DNA from: Tubulanus polymorphus
Lineage: Eukaryota; Animalia; Nemertea
DNA: 64,000 bases
Assembly (NCBI RefSeq): GCF_964204645.1
Contig: NC_134036.1
Coordinates: 186,001-250,000, forward strand
Reading direction: 5' to 3'
The translations under genes were made by a program, and so were the position numbers. Positions within the stretch are counted from its first letter, which is position 1. Each line of letters starts with the position of its first letter. Of the stretch, positions 13,001 to 26,936 are shown piece after piece. The notes below the pieces were generated by a model. The model made no database searches. It was not told the origin of the DNA and saw nothing but the letters and a program-made list of their open reading frames with translations.

Positions 13001-16000
13001 CTTTGAATTGATGGTGTTCTACTTCTTGATTGTCCGACAAACATTTCAAAATGTCGCCAATAATCACTTTATAAGAATAGGCGAATTTCTCGATCGCCAA
13101 GGCCAAGGTCGACTGAGCACGTTTTCTGACCTCGCTATAACGACTGGTCGATAGTAGGAATAAATTCACGAATAGTTCACGATGTAATTCGGTCATTACT
13201 TTAGCGTTTTTATTCAAAATACGGAGCTGAAATAAATATCGAATACAAGACATGATGAGACAGTAAACAACATCTCAACCAGACCGGTGAGTTCTGGGCA
13301 GTCGGGGCAATGTGGGTTCAAACTCTGGGGCAGTTGGACCCGCGACAATGGGTCATCATCAATACATGAATTGAGATTGAGAAATAGAAACATTTTGTAC
13401 CCAGTTTTTCTTGTACAAGAAGAAGAAAGATTGAAGTTTAGCCCAGTTTCGAATCTTGTGTAAACCTAATAGGCGTAGAGTTTAGAGAGAACAGATTAAC
13501 TCACTTCATGTTGTAGTAAACATCGATCAACTACCATCGCTCTGAGGTGCTTCTTTTTACCACGAATCTGAAACAGATCATAATTAACATGATTTAACCA
13601 TTGAATACGTGACAATTTTGTCTCAACTTAAAACGGAACCTTAAATTTTCATCATCAGAATCATCAGTGATTGGGGACAAATTCTGGAACTCCATTTTTT
13701 ACCTTGTCTTCCGTTGCTTTTTTTGCCATGTGGAAATTTTTCCATCTCGCGTCGAACTCATTTTTTCGAACTCCGTCGTACAAAATCAGCTGATTATAAA
13801 CTTCCAATAATTGCAGCAAACTTTTAGTGTCGTCTTCGGAGGATTCGAGCAGGAATTCTACAAATTCAAAAATAAATAAATTTCACCATCATTTTCAACT
13901 CTAGATATAAGACGTAAGACGTAAGATATCAGACATGAGACACACTCACTTTGTAACGGACACAAACATTCCGTGATCATTTGTCGGACGTTTTTTCCAT
14001 CGATTTCGATCGTGTCGTCGAAACCGCAGACGTGATCGTGTCGCTTCAGCGCCACCTCGTGTTCAACTCTGAAACCAATATCACGCAGCAGTCTCAATAG
14101 AATGTCACATAACGGCAGTGCAGTGTCGTATTGTTATACACCGAGAAACCAAAATGTGAATTCTTCAAGGAGGAACAATTTGAAAGTTTGCCAGCAGTAT
14201 TTTAATCTGCTTTGCAATAATTTTGTCACTCGCAATTTGATTTTAAATTCTTGTGTCCAATAGTATTTTAATAATTTATCATGATTATTACAATTGTCAC
14301 CTCTTTTACATAAAGTGCTATAATCATTCTATAGTAAGCTTTATAAACAAATAAATCACTTTTCATCATTATCAAAAAATTGTAATGATACCGCGTAAGT
14401 TATTCCAGTATTACATATAAAAACTAGACAGCAACAATTATTACATACAGCTGGACAGTTGTTAATGGCGTTTGTCGTGAAATGGTATGAGATATTTAAC
14501 TCACAGATCTAGAGGGTCGCTGTTCCATGTCGGTAACATCACCGCAGCCCCCTTCACGCAGTACTGTATAATCACTAAACTCTGCAAAACTAAATCCCTA
14601 AAAAAAACACGCGAAAATAATACAGAAACTAATATAACTAACTGTCGGTACGTGCGGTAGTTTTAATCACGTGATTCACTTACCGGGATAACATCTCACC
14701 GCGGCTGAATTTCATCAACTTGTCGAGATTCGGTATTAAATATCGTCGTAGTAACATAGTCGCAGCCTCTTTCTCGGTTTTGCTCGGTACATGCCATTTC
14801 ATTTTGACGTCGTCAACGACGCAATTTACACCCCAATCCTAAACATCATAAAAAACATCATAAAAAACATCATTGAAACATCATCAAAACATCATTTAAA
14901 CATTGTTAAAATATCATTGAAACATCATTTAAACATAGTTTAAACATCATTCAAAACATCATTTAAAACATCATTAAAAACATCATCAAAAACATCATTA
15001 AAACATCCTCAGAACATCTTTGGTACTTCATTGAAATACTGAACCAAGTTCCAGTAGATGTCTCAGTCTGAGTCAGGATTTAGTAAAAACAGTGGAAATG
15101 AATTGCTCATTTTAACTGTATATTCAAATTGAAACCGAAATAATTGCTGAACTGTTTCCAGTAGCAGCTGTCTATGCTGTCTATCACTCTAGGGTTCAAG
15201 AAAATAAACGAAAGTCAAATTCAACGGATATAACTATTGAATATGTCTCTTACCCGAATCGGTAAATATTCCTCAAACGGTCGATCGTAACCCTCGGCGC
15301 TACCGCGGAAATCTAACGCGTAAATATGAGTGAAAACTTGTAGTATATGCGACAGTAACGAGGCGCCGATTGTGTATCCTTGTTTACTGTTTAACTGTAG
15401 AGTAAAATCTAACACTTCGATCAACCGATCCATGTACACTAATACACATGTACCTCTGCAACGTACTATCTGTAAATACAATATCAATAACGCTTTATTA
15501 CACACATATTCATAACAACAATTCATGAGAAAGACTTTTTCTGGAGGTAGACCAGCAGAGCGTCCCCCCTTCGAAAATCCTGGATCCATTACTAGATTTT
15601 GTTTTCAGATGTTACAAAATATCATTTAAATTTACCTGTGAAAGACAAAGCAAATTCCACAATAATTCCGTATCGAGATTTTCTTCTTTGGAAATTTCTT
15701 CAGCTATAAACAAATACAAATAATCACAAATATCTGATCACATGTGTGAGGTTATACTGCGGTGTAGCAGTGCGTACGGGCTGGTTATTACGATACGTAC
15801 CAGTAGCGTGTGACATTATTATGCTGTGCAGATGAGGTAGGAATTTCTTTAAAGTATCCTCCGGTCGAGCCTTCAACAAGAACATCACCATATAAGTTAG
15901 TTCACAACATTTTCAATCAACAAAATTTACTTTTAAGGTATTTGTGGATAACACTTACCGTAGCTGCGGCCCGACAAAGACCCCCGGTCAGACGTCCGGA

Positions 16001-19000
16001 CATACTGATCTCTAACACCTTCGTACTAACGAACCTGAACAAACGATCCAACGCCACCTACAGGAATAAATCAAAACTACATGTATGAATCTGATCGGTA
16101 TGAAAGGAAATTTGAAGTGAATTTGAAGTCAAGAATATATATATATATATATATTCACCTTGAATAATTTAGAAGAACTTTGACCGAGAAGAGTGCGAAA
16201 AGTCGATAGTAGCGCCATCTCCATTATTTTCTCTTCGGGATTCAATGTTTTATCGGGGCCGTGATTCGCCTGATCCGGAGTCGACACGCTTCCCGAATAA
16301 TTCTCGATCAGATTGAAAACACGATCGAGGAATTGCAGGATGAAATCCTCGAATTGAGCCGTTTGTAAACACAGTTCACGTTCCTCCTGGTTACATAAAA
16401 CAAATCGCAACAATCACTCATCGATCGATAAAATCGGTTGATTTGAATTTAACGGCAGACGGAGTTGAAACTTACATCTGTTAGATCGGTACGAACGTGA
16501 ATCGCTTGCGAACAGTCAACAATCGGAACGAGCGCGACGACCAGCGATACGAACTGCATCGTCGTCAGGGATTTCCTCGGGTCGTTAGGGTCGATACCGG
16601 GCATCGATAGCTGAAGCAGCGGTAGAATGTGCTGACGACCTTCGCTGTAGTGAGCGGTGACCTTCATCATCGGTAGAGCAGCTGCGGCGATACAGGTCAT
16701 ACACGACAGCAGACGATGGTGTTCGGTGAGCGTTTCCATAGCCGGATACGTCCTGCAATCAGACAGTTTAAACATACAGTCATTATTTAATAATAGTAAT
16801 AATAATAATAATGATAATAATATAAATAATATCTATTTACAGTCCATTACATAAAATATCTCAACAGACTTTACAAATTCACAAAAACATAAGACAATTG
16901 ACAGATATTTAAAATATTACTCAATAAAATAGAATTTAATTCCAAACAGAAATGTGTAGAAGTGTAGGGTAGAAGTATTACCTTCATGAGGGGGGGCCAT
17001 CTGAAGAACCCCTTTTCCCCCTGATACTCAACACAGTTAACTCCTTTTTAAGTCATACATGATCACTTAAAATCATCACATCAAAAATAGCTTTAATTTT
17101 TTTTAGATTTTCACCCATATTTAATTTCAAGCATTGCATTGATGAAACTCTAGTTTTTGGACCCATTTCCCAATGGATGTTTACAGAGTAGACTCCGCTC
17201 AAGTCGGATCTTTTAGACCAGAATTTGTCCATCTAGAAAGTGTGATATCTTAGTTGGATGGAATCAGAAAATCATTTCAACAAACACCGGAATATGAATA
17301 GGTCGAGCAGATCATCAGACTTGACCGGCAGATTATCTGATGGACAGAGCTGCGTTACTGGATAATTTTTGAAATACTCACTTTTCGAGCAGCGAAGGTA
17401 TAATCAACTCCGGTCTGAGAGTGACGACGTTCTGGAAGGCGCCGAGTACCATGTGAACTCCTAATTTACCGAACATCAACAGGAACAGGGCGGGTTTAAC
17501 GCTGAGTACGAACGCGGTGATGTCGTCCTCGGTGAGACAATACCCGTCGCGAGTTCGACCCCACCACGAGTCTTTATGATGTCGTTCTCTGTCTAAACGT
17601 CGAACGAACGCTTTCGTTAAAAACAACACGAAATTACTGAGTTTTATCTGAAATTTGAAAAAAAAAAACGAAAATCTATTGATCGATTATCTAAAGACTT
17701 AAGCCTTATGACTGAAGACTAAAGTAGAATGTATTTACCGTGTATTTGCCGAAGTTTGAAGGATAAAAGTAAGATTCTGTAGCTTGGAATAATTTGGTCA
17801 GATGATCCTGAGCGCTGCTCCCGTGACCCTACGAATAACAACAATATTCAAAATCGACAATAAATAAAACCGTTTCTCCGGCTATTGAGTCGTAGTCGTG
17901 GTAACCCGAGTACTTACGATCATCGCGACGACCCAATCGGCTAGTGGCGCCACCGTAGTGTTGTCGTGAGTGGTAAACGACACTTTTACCGATCCGACCG
18001 GTAACGCAAAACTTTTCATGATTCGCGTAAAAATCTGGAAAATATCAACAAAAATCAAAATATTTACGAAATTGTGATAAATTTTCAAGTAGAATTGAAG
18101 AGAGAGAGAGATATCAAGGAGTTTAGTTACCTTTGGAATTAACGGTTCCCAGTCGATATATCCGATGTTATAACTGGCGATTCTCGAAAATAATTTACGT
18201 AAATTCTGCAAACAACAAAAGATTAACACAATCTCAAACAGAGTTTCGCGGAAATATTTGAGACAAGAGGAAAAACAAGAGTGAAAGAGGTGTAGAGACA
18301 GGTGGAGAGGAGAGAGGGAGAAGAGAAGAGAGACACAAGGAGAGATGGGGAGAGGAGAGAGGGAGAGAGAAAGAGAGACAAGGAGAGGAGAGAGGGAGAG
18401 AGGAGAAGGGAGAGAGATGGGAGAGGGAGAGAAGAGAGAAGGGAGAGAGAAGTGAACTGACCTCATCCCACAGTGAAGCGTTGATACTGTCCCAAATAGA
18501 GAAGAATTCATCCAACCACAACCTACAAAAAAACAAATACAATTCAATCAGAGTCATTTCATTACAACAAAAATAAAACAGATTTATCAATATTTCGAAC
18601 AGTTACTTGAATCCGCGGTCGTGAAACTCCGGGGGCAGAAACTGCGGTAGAAATAGTGACAGATATTGAACACCTTTCATCATCGTTACGTCAAACGGGC
18701 ACAATAGAGGGCGCCACTCTTCTAACATTTCCTGCGTTGACTCGACGGAAAAATACCTGAAACCATCAACGATATTTTAACAATCAAACACCGGATATTC
18801 TAGTTGTCATAGCGACATATCCCAACAATCAAACACTCATTTTTTGGGTATTTTTTAAGGGAAAAATATGATTATTTCTAAACTTACGGATTACAGTCTT
18901 TTGCCAGTTGTTTCAAAGTTCCGTCAATTGTGCTGTAAAAATAGAATATGGGTCAATATTTCAAAGAATTCTTTCTTTAATAAAACATTGTTGTAAACAA

Positions 19001-20399
19001 GTGAAATTATGTAAAACAACAGCAGCAGCAGCGGCAGCGGCAGCGGCAGCGGCAGCGGCAGCGGCAGCGGCAGCGGCAGCGGCAGCGGCAGCAGCAGCAG
19101 CAGCACTTACTGAGGTAAAAGTTCCAGTCCGTGCGGTTCATATTTCGAATATAACGTCTTCTCCATAACAACGTACAGCGGTCTCCATGGCAACTGTAAG
19201 TCATCTCTCGTCAGTAAATCGGTTTTTCTAAAAAAAATGGCCGAAATCTTTAACATGAACAGTTGCTAATAGTTACAGAGTTTAATAATTCAAGGTATTT
19301 GAAAATGATGATGGAAAAAAAGTAAAGACTGGATTATATCGAAAACTTACTTCAATAAAGTGGACAGGAGTCCAGCAAATTTAACGATCAGTGAAGATTC
19401 CAGATCCGGAATCGTCACCAGTTCAAATGTTAAACGTATGAAATTCACATGATCTTCTTTAGAGAATTTCCTCCCATACAATCTGATATATCTGAAATAT
19501 TACAACAATCTAATATATTACATTTGATATATTACAGGCTGATATATCTGAAATATTACATCAATCTGATATATTACAGGCTGATATATCTGAAATATTA
19601 CGGAAATCTGATATATCTGAAATGAAATATCAACGTTTAAAATTGGATACCAATCTAAATGAACCAAGAAATTTAGTGAGCACGGCGTGAGCAGGGCTGG
19701 AACAATTTATGTAATCCTTGGAAATAAAATTGCACCAATATAATATCAATAAATTCCTGACAATGTTTTTTTTATGTTGAATAAGTGTGTCACATATTTT
19801 CAAGTAGTCACCCCTGACAACCACAATATAGACAAGTTCAATTGTGCTTAGTCACGATTACACAGCAAATAGGACGGACAGCAGTCAGACAGAGCTGATA
19901 GCAGCAGTGTCAATAAACTACCTCTAGGACAAACAATTCAAGCAAATACAGTTTTATAACATTCATTTAAATTCATCATCATATTCTAAAAATAAACATC
20001 TTATAATGTCACTCATATTTTTCCTCCCATAAGGTCTTCTCTGTGCTGGTGATACTATAAACCAAACAGCCTCTCCACATTCACATCCATCCACATCCAC
20101 AGCTCACAGTCCACTGGACTGATACTGTCATCCACTCTCCTGCTGTGTATGAGGGCTGCATACATTTACAATATAACAATAAATCTGGGCGGGATGTGTA
20201 ATTACCTGGATAACTGACTGCACCAGTGCGAGCCACCGACTCGAATATCGCGAAGTTGAGCTGTTAACCCGTAATACGCTTTGATATCAGCGAGCTGACG
20301 GTTCGATTCTGCGTCTAATTCATCCACATACGGCAGGTGTTTGTTATAAACTATCTCCTTTTGAGGTTCGAACCCGAGTTGTTCGAATCGACTCGGCAT
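7087..20399 (-). CDS. PSME4: Proteasome activator complex subunit 4 (PA200/Blm10), 36 exons, ~1836 aa
   Basis: Exons (- strand): 20399-20206, 19491-19351, 19227-19111, 18932-18888, 18756-18607, 18522-18462, 18205-18131, 18034-17918, 17828-17739, 17647-17382, 16752-16476, 16386-16159, 16057-15959, 15870-15801, 15703-15636, 15469-15254, 14838-14684, 14597-14505, 14068-13950, 13857-13703, 13567-13505, 13226-13002, 12844-12653, 12220-12087, 11645-11592, 11515-11386, 11228-10987, 10494-10308, 10004-9840, 9603-9499, 9407-9184, 8878-8616, 8504-8278, 8178-8026, 7742-7668, 7422-7087. All introns are GT-AG with consistent phases, totalling 5511 nt. Diagnostic motifs: [46 protein letters not shown], and the C-terminal HbYX motif SPNYYA. 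Confidence 0.97.
11797..11909. mobile_element. Short MITE, PIF/Harbinger-like ends
   Basis: Terminal inverted repeat CAGGGTCCAGTTTCACAAAAAGG ... CCTTTTTGTGAAACTGGGCCCTG within a PSME4 intron. Confidence 0.7.
14840..15010. repeat. Degenerate 11-12-bp minisatellite (AAAACATCATT)
   Basis: Tandem units in a PSME4 intron. Confidence 0.9.
18290..18450. repeat. Purine-rich (GA) low-complexity tract
   Basis: Polypurine run in a PSME4 intron. Similar tracts occur at ~37525-37615 and ~54070-54185. Confidence 0.9.
19020..19105. repeat. (GCA)n/(GCGGCA)n microsatellite
   Basis: Perfect tri/hexamer run beginning just inside the 5' end of PSME4 intron 3. Confidence 0.95.
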
Positions 20400-21718
20400 T
20401 ATCGGGCGATTTTCGTTAATATACGACTAAAAATTTGATGATTCGACGAATCAGCAGTGCGCAGCCATCTTGAATGTCTCCACACCCTTTCTCGGAGACG
20501 AAACCTACGTGCCGCAGTCGGTGAGAATTTTTTACCCGTCATGTGCTGCCCCTATACTAACCGTTAGCGGTAAATCTGCGAACTAACTTAGTACTCGCGT
20601 GCCGCAGTAATTGTTTTCCGGGCTGAAACATCTTAACCGTCAAGTGCTGCCGCTTTGTTAAACAGTAGCGGCGAATATTTGAACCAACATATTCTGAAAT
20701 TTGTTTTCTCGACTTCCGTTTCACGATGAACAATTTCAAATTACGCCAATTCGAACTCCAGAAAGATTCCTAAACATTCCAGAATATTTCACGTGAATAA
20801 TATGTCAAATCAGAAATTGTTAAGACGAATAGTCAGGGACAGATCAAAGGTCTGATTCACAGGCCGGGTTGCACCGAGGGCCAAAAGGTGCCGCGACCCG
20901 GTCGGAGCAGATTGGAAAACATGACTCCTTTTTTAAAGATACAGAGAACAAGCTTATCAATTCAAACTTCTTTAAGTATCAATTTAATATTTTCAATTTA
21001 CCGGTAAACTTTCAGGGGCAACAGCTGACATTTGTAGAAGGGGGCCTGCACTCGGCCCCTGAGTGGACCGGTCGAAGATTAACCTGATTTAATATGTCAT
21101 CATTTTTCGCTACATGGTAGCCTCATATGCAGTAGACTCGGGTGATTTTCGAAGTTTTTTTGTGGGACAATTCGATGAGATAATCCGACACTGTATGAAA
21201 ACATCCAACTCGGATATCGCTCTCAAGTCGGACACATCGAGTCCCAACCCGACTTGACAAATCTAGTCAACCTTTAAAGTACTGTTTGTCTTTAAGTTTA
21301 ACTGATAATTAGAATAAGGAATATATGTAGTTTTTTCGATTGATCCGAGCGAATAAGTTCAACACGGTACACAATTGCGCAATTCTTTAATCGACAGAAT
21401 TATTACAAAAGAAATGAATTCAGGTGCGAACGTTTTGACACGGAAATAATTAGAAAAAAAATAATAATTTGCTAATTGCTTCATTTTTGCTGATAATCGG
21501 GGAACTAATTATAGTTTAATAAGATTGACATTCCGTTAATAAGAAGCCGCTCTTTTGTTTGGCATTTTGTTTTGTGTTGTATAAGTGTAAATGTGGTCTA
21601 ATTATCTCCACACTTTGGTCACTCAGCTCACTAATTAAACAGCTACTTAGATAATTAATCCAATTAAGATCTGTTAGACCGCAGACGAAGCGTCATCTGT
21701 GAAATTGTGTGCGATGAT

Positions 21719-21816
21719 TATAAATAAACACGGACATTTTCTCAGACTCATTGTCATTAACAATTCCGACTGGAAACTACTAGTTCCGTTACCAGATACA
21801 GAATTCATTAAAACAA
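21719..21816 (+). promoter_or_regulatory. TATA box, Inr and non-coding first exon of the small secreted peptide gene
   Basis: TATAAATA at 21719-21726, an Inr-like TCATT with its A at 21750 (31 nt downstream), and donor AA|GTAAGT at 21816/21817. Confidence 0.6.
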
Positions 21817-22389
21817 GTAAGTTTTATCAGATAGATTTCTATATGAGTTAAGTGGTGATTGATATTTCATCACGGATTCATTTCATCAATTGTTTTTTCA
21901 TGTTTCCGACTAATATTTGCCGATTCAAAGAACCTCTGTTTTCATTGAATCATCCATTCTCATTTAATTCCAAATAATTAATCAAAAATCTACTCTGTTT
22001 AAGGTATATATCATCGATTGTCATTTGTTAAAAGTTTATTCTATTTCATTTATTTTGTCTTACACTCGATTTTCATGAAAGTGTAACTTTTTGTAAGGTA
22101 CTCGCGCTAATGTCGAGTCCTGGGAGGGAAATCGCGCAGAAAATTTTTGAAAATGAGATGCAATACAAAGAGAAGTAATTTCACAATTTCTATCTTATTT
22201 GGGGTGAAGATTTTGCTAAATTATTTGGCCTCGAATCAAGTAAGTTTTGGAAGCTTGTGCAGTTTTTGAACTAAAACGAATGAAAAAGGTGTAACCAATT
22301 AATGAGTGAATCTTCTGAAATCGATGCATAAATTTTTTTAAGACTGGCATTTGGGCGGAATTTTATAATTAAGCGATCCCGATGTTAAG

Positions 22390-22456
22390 TAGTCTGAATA
22401 CCAGTCGTTGTTCCCTACAACGGTTGTTCGTAGAACGACGGCTAAGTACTAGACTA
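22390..22456. mobile_element. 67-bp MITE with TAG...CTA termini and 9-bp target site duplication (Academ/AcademH-like)
   Basis: GATGTTAAG (22381-22389), then TAGTCT...AGACTA, then GATGTTAAG (22457-22465). The interior is an imperfect palindrome. Confidence 0.75.
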
Positions 22457-22545
22457 GATGTTAAGTCGTCTCTCCTCAAAGGTTTTCCATATCGAATACG
22501 ATTGGATAATCCCAAATTTATTAATCTCTGACAGACTATAAAACA

Positions 22546-23565
22546 ATGAAGGCATTGGTGATGTACGGTGTAACAGTAGCCGTAGTGATATTGGCTACTA
22601 TAGTATTCGCTGACTACACCGCCAAGTGGGAAGATGGCCCTAAAAAAGGCTGGTACAAATGGCCCGAAGTCGAAACCGAGGAATTCTTGAACACAAGTAA
22701 ATCATTTTTATGTCATTAGAAAAATCAGCTCAGATAATTACGGCGCTTTTTATCTCAGAAATAATTCATTATCATGTATATCCTCGATATCGACTTGATA
22801 TAACAGCAAAATCGTATGCAACCCTACCCGTTGAAGAATTGTGCATTATTGCCTGGAAATCCCATAGGTCATTAGTCCATGGGGATAATAATAATAATAA
22901 TAATAATAATTGACATTTCTATAGCGCAGGTATCCAAACTAGAGTCTGTTCAAATGTGCTCCAAACTTGGTATTATTATAGATATATCAGAACGGATTTG
23001 TTTTAGCTACGAGCGCTCGGAGATGCAATTTTTTTCATGTTAATTTGAAAATCGGTTTCATCCTCCTGTAGCTCAAAGAGGAATAGTTTGGAAGTTCTTC
23101 TTTGAGACTGGGGCGATATTGCAATAAAATCACGATATATTTCTAGTTTGCACAAAGAACGATAGCGAGAGACAATACTCGTTGAAAGACGGTGGTTATT
23201 GTAAGTGTAATGCGACCGAGCCTTTCAGGAAACACATCTGTATGTAAGTATGACAGGGGTCTGATTCACCCACCCCCCCCCCCCAAAATAGGGCATGTAT
23301 CATATACCTAAAGGGCCCCCAAAAGAAATCTCATCGCGTGACATTCACTCATTTTTGGAAGAACCGAGCACGAATGTCGAAAGTCCACGAATTTAAGCTT
23401 TGGGTATAGCTTTAATATTTTTCGTTTCGCCGTTAAAGACTGCGCACCTGCCTCCTCTAGATTGTCCACAGTACTAGCCACATACAGATGCTATATATTC
23501 ATTAATTGTCCGTTTATACTGATTTTCGTTTCCGTTTTTCAGCCGGTGATCGACGAATAAAATAA
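22546..23565 (+). CDS. Small secreted peptide precursor of unknown family, 75 aa, 3 coding exons
   Basis: Acceptor ctctgacag at 22534 and Kozak-like aaacaATG. Exons 22546-22696, 23147-23200 and 23543-23565, with both introns phase 1 and GT-AG. Translation: MKALVMYGVTVAVVILATIVFADYTAKWEDGPKKGWYKWPEVETEEFLNTICTKNDSERQYSLKDGGYSGDRRIK*. AATAAA signals at ~23556, 23561 and 23621. Confidence 0.75.
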
Positions 23566-23657
23566 AACCTTCCAAAATTACGTGTCTAATTTTAATCAGA
23601 TTCTTGTTCACTCCACAAATAATAAAGTTTTATCGTCGCTTTTTTCTGTTGGTTGAA

Positions 23658-23780
23658 AAACTGTCACTGTCAGGATTCAAACCGTCACTGTCAGGATTCA
23701 AACTGTCACTGTCAGGATTCAAACCGTCACTGTCAGGATTCAAACTGTCACTGTCGGGATTCAAACTCATTGTCGGGGTT
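23658..23780. repeat. 21-bp tandem repeat, 5+ copies (AAACTGTCACTGTCAGGATTC)
   Basis: Direct tandem units between the converging 3' ends of the peptide gene and tubulin. Confidence 0.95.
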
Positions 23781-23978
23781 GGAGAAAACTGTCATCTCAG
23801 AATCTAAAACACTCGACACAAATTTCAGTTTTTTACCAGTATTTTATTTGATGTTACTCGAAAATTCGTTAAAAATAACAACAAAAAATTCAAAACACGA
23901 AACATAAGAAAAATCATTTAAACATAGAAAATCTGTAGTAAACAATTTAACTCTTATTCCACCAGGTGGCGCGCTAGT

Positions 23979-26277
<2,299 letters not shown>

Positions 26278-26360
26278 GATTGAGAGAGTTATTTGTAGAC
26301 ACGTCTGTTAGGTATGAAGACCAAAGAGTGTTGTGACGAAGTCGACACCTGACGACAGTA

Positions 26361-26452
26361 TTTATAGGCGCGCAACAACACCGCCCTTCGCAACCGCCAA
26401 AACACGTTACCACGTCGTGTACACACACATAGTTTAATGGCAAGCAGCCAAT
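26361..26452 (-). promoter_or_regulatory. Alpha-tubulin core promoter (TATA, CCAAT)
   Basis: TATAAA on the - strand at 26366-26361, ~85 nt upstream of the ATG, and a CCAAT at ~26448. Confidence 0.65.
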
Positions 26453-26936
26453 CATCTTGATCAAACATATTCTAAAGACTTAAATGAGGATTTGAACAAG
26501 ACATTTTGATTGTCGCGTTGACCTACATAACACAATAGTAAAACAACATAAAGATCTTCTTCGAGGGCGCGATAAAATGTTAGTTCACGACGATATTCTT
26601 TCGCTGGTATAAAAGATATTTGAATACATAAAAGGACGAAGAATTGATGATTGATTGGTCGTTTTATTTGTGGAGCAGATATCAACCTTTACCCCGAGTG
26701 CGATCTCACCGATAGTATTTGTAAAATTGTATGAGATAAATCGGCCTCTTCAATGAACGTAGATACGAAAACGTGAAAGCTTTAAACACTTAAGTCTGAA
26801 AAGTATTTTTTTTAGAAATGATTATGTTTTTTAACATTTATTTATATATATATGTACATAGTTACCGACAGAGGAATTGAATATACACGATTTTTAAGCA
26901 GAATTAACGCTACGGGTTCCATTGTTGTGACGTTGT

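Noticed and set aside
18908-19204. Poly-Ala, poly-LP and poly-CR ORFs
   Set aside because: Translations of the intronic GCA/GCGGCA microsatellite.
22442-22452. 11-nt match to the 5' end of miR-252 (CTAAGTACTAG)
   Set aside because: The remainder does not match and the sequence is the terminus of a TSD-flanked MITE.
23658-23780. CRISPR-like array
   Set aside because: Contiguous tandem repeats with no unique spacers, in a eukaryotic context.
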